A DNA stretch of 57,892 nucleotides from a virus (Duplodnaviria > Caudoviricetes), in IMG/VR virus record IMGVR_UViG_3300022821_000022, positions 1-57,892 of that record; one strand, 5' to 3'. A program made the position numbers and the translations under genes. How positions within the stretch are numbered: the stretch's first letter is position 1; each line of letters starts with the position of its first letter. Below, one piece after another: positions 33,992 to 43,400 of the stretch. The notes under the pieces are model-generated. The model did not search any database. It was not told the origin of the DNA and saw only the letters and a program-made list of their open reading frames with translations.

Positions 33992-34020
33992 CCCCGGCCT
34001 TAGCAGGTCGGGGTTACTTT
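33992..34020 (+). terminator. Terminator-like hairpin
   Basis: CCCCGGCCT-TAGC-AGGTCGGGG followed by TTACTTT. Confidence 0.5.
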
Positions 34021-34038
34021 AACTTGAGGCCATAGGGA

Positions 34039-34326
34039 GTGATAATGATGAGCAACATGCTGCAAACAAAAACGATCACCCGCGTCTCCTTTGATAGAGA
34101 AGAACTGAAAAAACATATTGGCACAACCATCAAATTAGCACGCCTTGAAAAAGGCTTAACGCAAGAAGACCTCTCGGTGATTATAGGTGTTTCTAGGACA
34201 CAACTTGCGAACATTGAACTTGGCCGGAGTTACCCAGGAACAGAGGCGTTGTTGTTGGCCGTGGTTCATTTCCATTTAGTGCTGGACCGTCACTATTTAG
34301 GCGTGACAGCAACGGAGAGCGACTAA
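34039..34326 (+). CDS. XRE-family HTH regulator
   Basis: IKLARLEKGLTQEDLS..IGVSRTQLANIELGRSYP. Confidence 0.88.
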   Translation: MIMMSNMLQTKTITRVSFDREELKKHIGTTIKLARLEKGLTQEDLSVIIGVSRTQLANIELGRSYPGTEALLLAVVHFHLVLDRHYLGVTATESD

Positions 34327-34520
34327 TGACCACCCTCACAGACCGCATATGCTGGCAAGATTTGGACGAACAACAGTGCTGCGATGCTCTCTATCAAATC
34401 GGCGGTGCTCTTCGCCGCATGGGCAATTTTGATCTAGCTGCTGACGCCGAGAAAATATCTAACGAGCTACACCCCGGCGAAATAAAGCCCGCGCCAATAG
34501 TACCGAGGACAATCACATGA
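34326..34520 (+). CDS. Hypothetical protein
   Basis: TAATG-coupled 64-aa ORF with GGAG RBS. Confidence 0.6.
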   Translation: MTTLTDRICWQDLDEQQCCDALYQIGGALRRMGNFDLAADAEKISNELHPGEIKPAPIVPRTIT

Positions 34521-34714
34521 CTGACCAAACGAGAAACATAAACGCCCACGCCGCCGCTAAACTTGCCTCTTGCTTATGGAACGACCGGTACGCATCACAG
34601 ACCGGGGGCCTCATGGATTTTTGGGACAAATTAACACTGGGCGAAAAGAGGACAGCAGCCCGCGAAGTCAAGAAGATTCGTGAAGCCAGACCATATACAG
34701 GGAAAACACCATGA
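34517..34714 (+). CDS. Hypothetical protein
   Basis: ATGA-coupled 65-aa ORF; YASQTGGLMDFWD motif. Confidence 0.65.
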   Translation: MTDQTRNINAHAAAKLASCLWNDRYASQTGGLMDFWDKLTLGEKRTAAREVKKIREARPYTGKTP

Positions 34715-34923
34715 CCCTACTCGACAAGCTACGCGCCGCGACCGGGCCTGATCGGGAGTTGGACGGATTGATCTTTGACTCCCTAAACAAAAGGCCAGAA
34801 TACCCAGATGAGTTTGGACATGGGAAAGCACCCACCACACCTTGCTCACGCGATTTATCTGTGTGCGACTCTTGCGGAGAAACCGCGACTACGATGCTGA
34901 CGTCAACTTACCGGCGTTTTTAA
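34711..34923 (+). CDS. Hypothetical protein, probably truncated
   Basis: LRAATGPDRELD is a common phage gene start; the 3' end runs into an unrelated fragment. Confidence 0.45.
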   Translation: MTLLDKLRAATGPDRELDGLIFDSLNKRPEYPDEFGHGKAPTTPCSRDLSVCDSCGETATTMLTSTYRRF

Positions 34924-35093
34924 CAGCAAAGAACATAAAAGACTTTATTCCCAAAGACTTATACGTGACGTCCAGCCAAATCGAGTTCTTGATGCCCAAC
35001 GGGCATCGGGCGTTCGGCTACAAGGCTGAATTGCTTCCTCAAGTCTGCGAAGTATATCTCGAAGCGCGCGATGCTGACGCATTGGTTCATTCG
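34887..35093 (+). pseudogene. Internal fragment of a P63C-domain (Mx8 p63-like) protein
   Basis: YDADVNLPAFLTAKNIKDFI...TSSQIEF...AFGYKAELLPQVCEVYLEAR; lacks both termini. Confidence 0.65.
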
Positions 35094-35460
35094 CGGGTTG
35101 ACGTTGAAAATTGTTGCCTACAATGTTGGTTCGGTTGCCTCGATTGCCGTCGCAATTTTCCTCGCGGCGGATGAGCGTTACAGTTCACAACACGGCGTAT
35201 TTATGATTCACCCAACGGCAATATCACCACAAGCAGGAATGACCGCAACTCTACTTCAAAGTACTCTTAACAGCGCCTTGGCTGATGAGACGCGCACTGA
35301 AAGCATCTTGCGCGAGAGGGCCAATGTTCCCGAGGAAATCCTCAACGACAGGCGCACTAAGGACGTTTACATCACGCCTGACGATGCCGTAAGTTTCGGG
35401 CTTGTGAGTGAGATTAGGGAGTTCTCGTTGCCACAAGGGCACCAAATTCTCCAAGTCTGA
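35092..35460 (+). pseudogene. 5'-truncated ClpP-family peptidase
   Basis: NVGSVASIAVAIFLAADER (Ser) ...FMIHP (His) ...DVYITPDDAVSFGLV; no N-terminal helices or proper start. Confidence 0.7.
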
Positions 35461-35558
35461 ACCTGAATACTGCATAAGATTTATCTCCAGTTCTTAGGAT
35501 GCCATAGCAGCCTACAAATGTCACGATGCGCTAATTACTTGGCTAGTTAAGTATATAG

Positions 35559-35711
35559 GTCCCTGATGTTAATATTAAAAAAGGTACCGATTCAGTCTAT
35601 GACTCAAAAGATAGGATAAAGAAGGTGAAAGTCGATAACGACGAACCTATATCATATGATACACTTAGTTCTTTCGTTACGCGCATTAAATCGGCTATAT
35701 TTGGAAGATGA
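35559..35711 (+). pseudogene. Start-less 3' gene fragment coupled to the following membrane gene
   Basis: Open frame VPDVNIKKGTDSVYDSKDRIKKV...SAIFGR* after a TAG; ATGA overlap with 35708. Confidence 0.45.
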
Positions 35712-36169
35712 AAAGATCAACACACATCACCGTTCTGCTAGGTCTGTTATTTGCGCTTATCGCCATATCCGCATCACGCCCTGAATGGATTAGCGACTCA
35801 AACATTTTTTTACGTGATTTTGTAAATCACGAGTTATTGAATATTCTTGGGGTTATTCTTGCCATTACGTTGGCATCCATTAGCCAAATACATTTGCGTC
35901 TTAATGAGATAGAATGGAAAATAAAGGATAACAATCAGCAGCAGCCATCACCGCCTCTGTTCGCTGGTACTAGGCGAGAGTTAATTTCATCGGCCAAATG
36001 GCTTTTAGGGCTGTTTTCTGCGGCTGCTGTACTCGTTCTTATAAAGCCCCTTGTGGCGTGCTGTGGCCTGGATGGAGCGGTAGTAAACAGTTCCGCTGTC
36101 TGGATATTGACATTCAATATTCTAATTCTATCAGATGTCACTCTATCAATATTCCGAATTGAATTTTAA
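35708..36169 (+). CDS. Multi-TM membrane protein, AT-rich
   Basis: 153 aa with about four hydrophobic segments; FLRDFVNHELLNILGVILAITLAS motif. Confidence 0.75.
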   Translation: MKRSTHITVLLGLLFALIAISASRPEWISDSNIFLRDFVNHELLNILGVILAITLASISQIHLRLNEIEWKIKDNNQQQPSPPLFAGTRRELISSAKWLLGLFSAAAVLVLIKPLVACCGLDGAVVNSSAVWILTFNILILSDVTLSIFRIEF

Positions 36170-36176
36170 TTTTATT

Positions 36177-36401
36177 ATGCAGAAGTTAACCCTCAAGAAA
36201 GCACTTAAAGAGAAAAACCTCGATCAGTTCATTGCCGAACATGACAAGGACGGTGATGGAGACGTTGACGAGTTTAACGCAGCTATTTCTTCAATGGTTC
36301 AAAAATCGAAAGCAACTCAGGTTTCACCGTCTCACACAGGCGGTTGTCTGGATGCAATCTGCGGCCTTTCCAAACTTAACGCCGCACACAAAGCCTCTTG
36401 A
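36177..36401 (+). CDS. Small hypothetical protein or fragment
   Basis: MQKLTLKKALKEKNLDQFIAEH...DEFNAAISSM; 3' end looks chimeric. Confidence 0.45.
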   Translation: MQKLTLKKALKEKNLDQFIAEHDKDGDGDVDEFNAAISSMVQKSKATQVSPSHTGGCLDAICGLSKLNAAHKAS

Positions 36402-36517
36402 GCAAGAGCCAGAACTGATCTTCGATTTCCGTCATAAAATATCGTTGAAGAAATAACCTCAGCAGCCGCCTCAATCATCTCAGGCGTAACCACAACTTCC
36501 TTTGTTTCTTTTTCCAT
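36332..36517 (-). CDS. Small hypothetical protein (VTPEMIEAA motif)
   Basis: 61-aa ORF; motif recalled from small mobile-element proteins. Confidence 0.4.
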   Translation of the reverse strand: MEKETKEVVVTPEMIEAAAEVISSTIFYDGNRRSVLALAQEALCAALSLERPQIASRQPPV

Positions 36518-36538
36518 AATTCACCGGTCTGTCAAACG

Positions 36539-36982
36539 CTATTTCAGTACCCAAGCCTGATTAACAAGCTCGGTCTCACCCAGGGCGGCGTAGATAATTG
36601 CAACGCCCTCTGGGTCTTCTGGATCTTCGCCAGCCTCAACGGCAAAGAATGACTTAATCCATGTGGTGCCGCGCTCAAGGTAGCTATATACCATATCCTT
36701 GCCGAAATAATCAAACACCGCGTCCGCTCCTTCAACTGTAATTCTCTCACCTGAAATATGCGTGTAACTGACTATACCGAACTTTGAAATCTGCCAAAAG
36801 CGGTGAAGAATATGCCAGTGGTCAGGCGGATCAATCCCGACACGCTGCCAACCAAGAACGAGTTGGGGCATTTGATCTGGGTTATCAAGGAAAACAGACA
36901 GGCGATTTGTTCCATCGCTCACATCTGGCGCGGGTTTTGTGGGTACGTGTTTTGCGCCTAGTGTCCATACTGGTTTGGACAT
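36539..36982 (-). CDS. Hypothetical protein (147 aa)
   Basis: Start at ATG 36982 by TAATG coupling. Confidence 0.5.
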   Translation of the reverse strand: MSKPVWTLGAKHVPTKPAPDVSDGTNRLSVFLDNPDQMPQLVLGWQRVGIDPPDHWHILHRFWQISKFGIVSYTHISGERITVEGADAVFDYFGKDMVYSYLERGTTWIKSFFAVEAGEDPEDPEGVAIIYAALGETELVNQAWVLK

Positions 36983-37098
36983 TAAAACATTCCAATAAGG
37001 GCTTGGATTGAAGCGGCCACGATAATTAGAGCCACCGCGCCAAAAAAGACTTGTTTGGGCAGAGGTAATCCGAGAAACCACGTTTTGAGTTTAGTCAT
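36982..37098 (-). CDS. Small single-TM peptide (38 aa, absent from the ORF track)
   Basis: MTKLKTWFLGLPLPKQVFFGAVALIIVAASIQALIGMF; AAGGA RBS; follows the o-spanin. Confidence 0.55.
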   Translation of the reverse strand: MTKLKTWFLGLPLPKQVFFGAVALIIVAASIQALIGMF

Positions 37099-37101
37099 GG
37101 G

Positions 37102-37458
37102 TTATTCCTTCTCATAGTAATCTATCAGGGCGTTTGTTTGTTTAACATATCTCAGGATGTCCTGGAAGGTAGCGCCAAGCGTCAAGTAAGAGTTCTCAGA
37201 CATACAGAGGTATGAAAATGGCTCACCGCTCTCTATGGCCACCGCAGCCGTTTTAGGTGTCATGGCAGTAAAGAATGACCGGCTCTCAATCTGAGGGGCT
37301 ATTACCGGCGCTGGGCGTGCTGGGTAGAACCGTGGGGCTGGAATCTCCACCGTCACCACCTCCACTGGTAGAAGCGGCTTCGAGAGCAATGAACACCCTC
37401 CGAGTAGCCATACCAGCAGCCCTAGCTGCAACAGCGGGCCGCTTCTCAATCTCAGCAT
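37102..37458 (-). CDS. o-spanin (Rz1-like lipoprotein)
   Basis: Lipobox LLGGC, Pro-rich, overlaps the i-spanin in another frame. Confidence 0.75.
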   Translation of the reverse strand: MLRLRSGPLLQLGLLVWLLGGCSLLSKPLLPVEVVTVEIPAPRFYPARPAPVIAPQIESRSFFTAMTPKTAAVAIESGEPFSYLCMSENSYLTLGATFQDILRYVKQTNALIDYYEKE

Positions 37459-37747
37459 CTAATTTGGTTCTCCAGGCATTTATGTCGGACAATTGGCGGT
37501 CTCGTTCCGCCTCGGCTTTGTTTTTTGCATCTTCGTGGAATCGTATCTGAATCTGATCTGTGGCAACCTTGGCAACGTAGCCCTCAATCCGTGAGTTCTG
37601 CGCCTGAATCTCACCCTTGAGAACCTGAGTGTTTCCAATGGCCGTGTCCCGCTCGACTTGGTAGCGTTCCGCCCGTTGGTACTGATACCCGCCAAAGGCT
37701 ATGGCTATGGCGAGACCAGCTCCCATTATGCCTGTGAGGCCGAACAT
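37286..37747 (-). CDS. i-spanin (Rz-like)
   Basis: N-terminal TM then coiled coil; directly after the endolysin. Confidence 0.75.
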   Translation of the reverse strand: MFGLTGIMGAGLAIAIAFGGYQYQRAERYQVERDTAIGNTQVLKGEIQAQNSRIEGYVAKVATDQIQIRFHEDAKNKAEAERDRQLSDINAWRTKLDAEIEKRPAVAARAAGMATRRVFIALEAASTSGGGDGGDSSPTVLPSTPSAGNSPSD

Positions 37748-38217
37748 TACGCCTCAATCTCCGGTAATCCCCGAACAGTCCCGGCCTTGGATATGGTCAG
37801 GATTTCCATTTTAGGTTCTTCACCCTCGGGAGCGATTGAGCAATGAACCCATCCGGCCCTTGGGTCGTCAGGACTGTAAAACTCAAGAATTAACTGCTCG
37901 AATGTCAGGTTTTCAGAACACCATCGCGCTAGATCCTCATTGGAAACGCCCGGTACTTCAAAATCAACGGCGCGGCCTGTTATGTGCTGTGAGGCAGGTT
38001 TTGACCCGATGGCCTCATTCAAATCCGGGCAGCGGTACCAAGACGATGGCGCGAACGGTACCCCGTAGTGATTGCGGACAGGCTCTAGGATGCTCTCAGC
38101 GACCCGTGAGAGCCTATCGTGGTATTCCGTGGGCGGTTTGTTGTCTATGCCCTTACGGTCGGCTGTGTGGCTCTTATAGGCTTCTGTGAGGCTAAAGTGT
38201 TCTGAAAGTCTAGGCAT
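37747..38217 (-). CDS. Endolysin, peptidase M15 family
   Basis: LSEHFSL, LEPVR, SWYRCPDLN, SQHITGRAVD and WVHCS zinc-peptidase motifs. Confidence 0.9.
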   Translation of the reverse strand: MPRLSEHFSLTEAYKSHTADRKGIDNKPPTEYHDRLSRVAESILEPVRNHYGVPFAPSSWYRCPDLNEAIGSKPASQHITGRAVDFEVPGVSNEDLARWCSENLTFEQLILEFYSPDDPRAGWVHCSIAPEGEEPKMEILTISKAGTVRGLPEIEA

Positions 38218-38485
38218 CTGGATTGTCCTTGATATTCATTTTAGCCTCCATCCGGCTTATCTTGGAGAATATCTTAACAGAATCATCGTGCCGCTCGTCG
38301 AATGCTTTAGCGACTGTAGCACGTAAGCTTGTCTCGCGGGCGGTGTCTCGGGCCTCAGAAATAGCGCGTTCCGTGGCAGTATTCTTGGTGGTGTAGTAAA
38401 ATAGAGCTATCAGGAAAAGAATGAAGATGCCGGCTATTCCGTACTCAAGCAGTCCGAAACCCGCGCTTTCTGCGATTTTATCCAT
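38210..38485 (-). CDS. Putative holin
   Basis: Single TM (YGIAGIFILFLIALFYY) immediately upstream of the endolysin. Confidence 0.55.
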   Translation of the reverse strand: MDKIAESAGFGLLEYGIAGIFILFLIALFYYTTKNTATERAISEARDTARETSLRATVAKAFDERHDDSVKIFSKISRMEAKMNIKDNPDA

Positions 38486-38669
38486 TGGCCTGACCGAAAG
38501 AGGCCCGAATCACTACCACAAAATCGTCGTCGTCTGTTCCGGTGGACGGAAGCCGGTCAATGCCAATTCTGTCGTCTGTTAAGTCCACATAGCGCCCGCC
38601 AACGTCAATAATAACGTCGAGGCCTTGCGGTCTCTCCAAGAGAGATTGGACTAGCTCAAGGACTTTCAT
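38478..38669 (-). CDS. Hypothetical protein
   Basis: MKVLELVQSL.ERPQGLDV start; overlaps both neighbours. Confidence 0.55.
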   Translation of the reverse strand: MKVLELVQSLLERPQGLDVIIDVGGRYVDLTDDRIGIDRLPSTGTDDDDFVVVIRASFGQANG

Positions 38670-39085
38670 CTGTTCGCCTGTAGGTTTTCCACATCGGTCT
38701 CTAGCTTGAATAATCGCCCTGTATTAACGTCCACCTTAAACCGTAATTCGTCGCCCTGCTCTTTGCGAAACCGTGAACTCTCAACCTTGTCAATGCGCTC
38801 ATCGAGGTCATTTAGGTCATTTGACATTCTCTCGACGAATGGAGCCATGACGCGCTGTTCCTGGGTAACCTCAGCGACAACGGCTGCGGTCTCTGAAGCT
38901 AGAGCCGTTATCTCGTCCATCTTATCGATGTAGTTTCCCATCAGGGTATTGGCGAGCCACATGGCAAACGGCACCCCCGCGACGATCATCGCCCGCGCTA
39001 ACAACTTTAGGGCAGATATTTCAGCCCAACGTTCAAAGCGTTGCGAGTCCTCTTTGCGACTTCGCCCGTTTATGTCTTCGCTCAT
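38666..39085 (-). CDS. TM plus coiled-coil protein (holin/antiholin-like)
   Basis: One TM followed by heptad repeats, in the lysis region. Confidence 0.55.
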   Translation of the reverse strand: MSEDINGRSRKEDSQRFERWAEISALKLLARAMIVAGVPFAMWLANTLMGNYIDKMDEITALASETAAVVAEVTQEQRVMAPFVERMSNDLNDLDERIDKVESSRFRKEQGDELRFKVDVNTGRLFKLETDVENLQANR

Positions 39086-39182
39086 TAAACAATCATCCGA
39101 CTATGCACCTACTAAAAACTCGGGTGCCTCGCCCGATAGAAACCTCTTGGTTTCTGCAACTTTTACTGTCACACCCTCTGTT

Positions 39183-40490
39183 CTATAGGGCGTTTTCCGT
39201 TTTACCACCTGTTAATTCTACCAGGGATTGAAGGTCGCTCTCCGCTTGACTTATAGCCTCGGTCCATGACCCCTCCGGCGACTGTCGATACAGCTTCATT
39301 GACGGATACCAGGGGGTTGAGTCTCCCTCGACGCCCCAAAACCACATACGCCCGGATCTGCTAGGGATAAAGGTCCAGACAGGCTTACCCATAGCCCCTG
39401 CCATGTGGGCTGCAACGCTGGAAACCGTGATTATCAGGTCACAGGCGCCGATAAGGGCCGCAACTCCGTCCATATCTTGTCTCAGGTCCAGGTCTGGCAG
39501 GTGATTTATGAGGGGAGCCGCCGTGTTGCGCTCCTCCTCGGTGCCGTCGTACTGGATATCAACGAAGGTTACTCCCGGCATTTGCAGGATCGGGCCGAGC
39601 TCTCCAAGCGGGATACTCTTGTAGGGACCGGCTGCGGCCGTGCTCTTGTAGCAGATCCCCACAATCGGGCCCGGTGACAAACGCTCACGGAAGGCCTGGG
39701 CCCTGTCCTCGTCCCAGGTCATATAGCCCGTATGTTTAGGAAAATCCTCGACTTTGCGCCGGAACATGGCTCCCAGGTCGCCAATATTGATATGATAATC
39801 AATCTTAATCATTTTGCCGCCCTCGGCTATTTTCAGCTTAGGGAACGACCGTCTGTACCAGGGGGTGAAGCGTTCAAAGCCAGACGTGACCTCAATTAAC
39901 GGGGTCGCCCCGGCTTCAATCACGTCCTGGATCATTGAGGCGAACATAACCCGCTCGCCAATGCCTTCCTCGCCGACCAGGAGGACCTTCCCCTTCGATC
40001 GACCGTCCCAGACAGGCGTTGTGGGGTACTTGCATATCTGATTGCCGACCGCTGGAAAGCGAGTCCGCCGGTTGTAAAGGTTCCAGCCGCGCTCATAGTC
40101 ACCCATCGTTAGGACCGCGAGCATGTAGTTCTGGGCGATATAGTCACCGCTAGGATTCAATTCTAAGGCCTTCCCGAGCAGGGTTAAGGCCCTCTCAGGT
40201 TCAAGGTCGTAGATTAGGGAGCCAAGGTTCGCCAGAGCGAGCGGTGATTCTGGTTTGAGCTCTAGGGCCTTAGTGAGGGCTTCCTCGGCTAGTTCGTATT
40301 GGCCGCTAGATCTAAGGCAGACCCCGGCCCACAAATGACCCCGAGAATCCATCTGGTCGAGATTAAGAGCCACCTGGGCCAGGGACATAGCCTCGTCGTG
40401 CTTTTTCGCCTCAAACAGAGGCGCTATGGCCTGATCCAGCCAGTCTATGAATTCCTTAATGCGGGCCTGTGTCCAGCCGCCCTGGATTAC
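39183..40490 (-). CDS. TPR-containing GT-B glycosyltransferase (FlmG/FlbA-like); start codon uncertain
   Basis: TPRs, then PVWDG, LLVGEEGIGERVMFAS, VGICYKS, AALIGACDLIITVSSVAAHMAGAMGKPVW and STPWYPSMKLYRQ; frame is open to 40823. Confidence 0.8.
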   Translation of the reverse strand, partial: VIQGGWTQARIKEFIDWLDQAIAPLFEAKKHDEAMSLAQVALNLDQMDSRGHLWAGVCLRSSGQYELAEEALTKALELKPESPLALANLGSLIYDLEPERALTLLGKALELNPSGDYIAQNYMLAVLTMGDYERGWNLYNRRTRFPAVGNQICKYPTTPVWDGRSKGKVLLVGEEGIGERVMFASMIQDVIEAGATPLIEVTSGFERFTPWYRRSFPKLKIAEGGKMIKIDYHINIGDLGAMFRRKVEDFPKHTGYMTWDEDRAQAFRERLSPGPIVGICYKSTAAAGPYKSIPLGELGPILQMPGVTFVDIQYDGTEEERNTAAPLINHLPDLDLRQDMDGVAALIGACDLIITVSSVAAHMAGAMGKPVWTFIPSRSGRMWFWGVEGDSTPWYPSMKLYRQSPEGSWTEAISQAESDLQSLVELTGGKTENAL

Positions 40491-43400
40491 CTCAAGCTGT
40501 CCCGCTTGTCCGCCTTGGCTTCCATCCTTTGCGTTTCCTGCTTTACGAGCAAATTCCGCTCCGATAACAACACGTCCAGTTCGCTCCGCTTCTCGTCCGG
40601 TGTCATTGTCAGGCTTCTGTTGATCTTCGTCTGCTCGTCCCGGATTTTCTTTAGCTTCTTCGCTACCCGGTTCATCTTTCTCATGTCCGCCCCGACCCCC
40701 TTGTTCTCGGGTAGGAGAGATTGCCTCCTGTATTCTACCGCCCCCTCGTCGTCCTTGATCTTCTGTAGGCCGCTGTACTGCTGGCTTATCTCCTTCTTCA
40801 ACTCGAAGAACCTGTCTGTCCATTTTGTACTCCTCATTGGTGCCTGACCAACGAACGACTTGATAATATTGCGTTCATCCAGCCGCTTGCTTGCCTTTGG
40901 TGGTGCGCCACCGATTATGGTGTCCGAAATCGCGTCTGATGCAGCCAAGATGTAATCACCAAGGGTAGCTGTAAACCCCTTTACAACATGCTCTATCTTC
41001 GCAGGCGAAAGGCCGGTCGCTTTCCCAGCTTCTTTAGCTAGGTATGACGTGCGATCGTTATATCGCATTTCAGGGGGCAGGTTCTCCATAGACATCGACT
41101 CTATGGGCGTGTCCCTAAAGCTGTCCTTGTTTGCAAATAGCTCGATAGGCGTAAGAAGCCATGGGTTTGAGGCCGGGTTAATGGCAAATGTATTCATTAT
41201 AAGGTTAATCATCGCCTGTTTACTGGCGCTGCTTCTGTCGTTCCCCACGATTGATTGCAACATACGCTCTGGGATGGTCCCGAAGATTGCGCCAATCTCA
41301 AAGGGCTTGGGAATATAGCCAAACTGCGGAAGCCCTACTTTCATGGCGTTACGGCGCCCAAGTATCCGCCAATAGTTGATTACCCAGCTTGCGTCCTTAA
41401 CGTATTCAGGCAGGTCGTTGTATCCACTGGCAGCCGGTAGTTCTTCGTCCTCGTCCCAGCCCTCGTCACCCATATTGATTAAGGCCATGGCTACGGTGAA
41501 CCCGACCATCATGCCGCCCTTAATCATTAGCTTCTTCATTAGGCCCTCTTTTACGGCGGCCCTGCCACCGACGCGGGCTAACTTGTAGAGGCCTTGAATT
41601 CTCGCGTTTAAGAACGGAGAGATTGAGGTTAAAAGCACGGCCAGATCGCTACCGCCGCGCTTGTAGAAGTCCATGAGATCCCCAGCGGCAAAGGCGCCCT
41701 GCCGTATGTCGCCTTTCGTGGCGTCCTTGACCCTCTTGAAGGTCACATTACGGTTAGCAAGCTCGCCGCGCCGGCCAACATGATGCTCCCACGCCCTAAA
41801 GGTCCTCATAAAGAGCTCCAGGGGATTGAGAAGATGCACCAGCTTGTTGTCTCTCTCCATCTGGCGTAGCTGTTTGAGGATGTCTTTGGGCGCGTTCTGA
41901 TAGAACCCAACGTCGCCACCGGCGGCCATCAGTTCCCGCACTTGTGGGTCGTCCATGCTTATAGTGAGGGCCTTCATAGACGCCCACATTTCCTTATAGA
42001 AATTGTTTGAGCGTTCCTCAGATATCAACCAGGACGAGCCAGAGTCACGGCCAAAGTTACGGGCCATAAATGCGGGAAAGGCTGTGATTGCGCGGGTAAA
42101 GAAAGTCTTGGTGTATATGAGTGGCGTTAGTATGTAGCCGCTCATTTCCTGCCGATACAACTGGCCTATGCTCTTGTAAACAATCCTGTTGTGGACCTCG
42201 TAATACTCGACCTTCCCATCACGGCGGATAGATACGATATTGTTGCCGAGCTTAACCGGATCTGCGATCGCGGCCATTGCGGTTATCGAACTAACCTTCT
42301 CCAGGTCGCCATCAATCGCTAACCCCTGTTTCTTTAGGGTGCTAACGGCGGCACTGGTCGGAACTAGGGCACGGATACGGGCCATGCCGACCTTTTCAAT
42401 AATGCCGAGCTCTAGCCCTTCGTCTATTGCGAGCACCGCGGCGACGTTCTTCATAGAGGCGTCGACTAGGTGTGTGATATTCTTGGCTATGTTCTCGACG
42501 ATACTAGGGATCGGTTGCCCCATGGCCTCGACCTCATGGGTCGTTTTCCCGAGCTTCTTTCTCAGGGCATTGGCTTCTGATTTCTTCTCAAACCGGCCCA
42601 TAACGGAGCCGGTACTGTCCTCAATAACGCCCCAGAGCTTCTTGCCGCCCGTAAGGCGCTTAATGCCTGCGGACTGGCCCGTTAAGCCTCGCGTCCTCCT
42701 TGGCCCCGTAACGCCAGAGCCTTCCTCTATGTGCCGATAGAACGGCACGTAGTCCATATTCTCCCAGCCAACAGTGCCCTTCTCCGGGTCTCCGTTGCGT
42801 TGCTTGTCGTTAATGAGGCCCATATCCTCCGCCATATCGAGGACCTTCTTCATATAGACCTGGAGCTTGTCGAATACCTCGACCAGTTCTGGGTTCTCCT
42901 CCCCGAGACTCAGGAGATCTTCTACGTCTGCCTCAGTCAGATTGTGCTCCCGGCCCTCACGAATAAGTTTCTGTGCCCGTACCCGTCGAGCGTAGGCGTA
43001 GCCGTTAAAGAGGCCTTCCAGGTTTCCGCTAAAGATAGGCTCCAGGATGGTATACAGGCCGCCGGTATCGTCTTGGCGCATAACCCCGTACTCACTGTCC
43101 CAGTAGGGAGCACCCCAGCGGATCATCGCTTCCATTTGTCCGGCATTATGAGAGGCGAGAGACGCGGCGACATAAGAGGCAAGCTCTCGATCGGCAGCTT
43201 CCGGGTTTAGGGCGAGGCCCATTTGGCGTTGACCAAGAGCATTATCAGCCGTGGCCCATACCCACTCGTTCTTGGCGTCTTCCCAGAGGTTAGCGCCCGT
43301 ATCCATGATCCGCTCCATGAGCGGTCGGTGGTCCGTAACGTCGGTAATCTTGTTGATTGCCCGATTCTGGGTAGGCGTTCCCCGGCGCATGAAGGAGTCA

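Noticed and set aside
35071-35460. Functional prohead protease
   Set aside because: The ClpP-like ORF lacks its N-terminal part and a credible start, and lies far from the head genes on the opposite strand.
34840-36575. Integron cassette array or intact IS element
   Set aside because: No attC-like repeats between segments, and no integrase, transposase or paired terminal inverted repeats seen.
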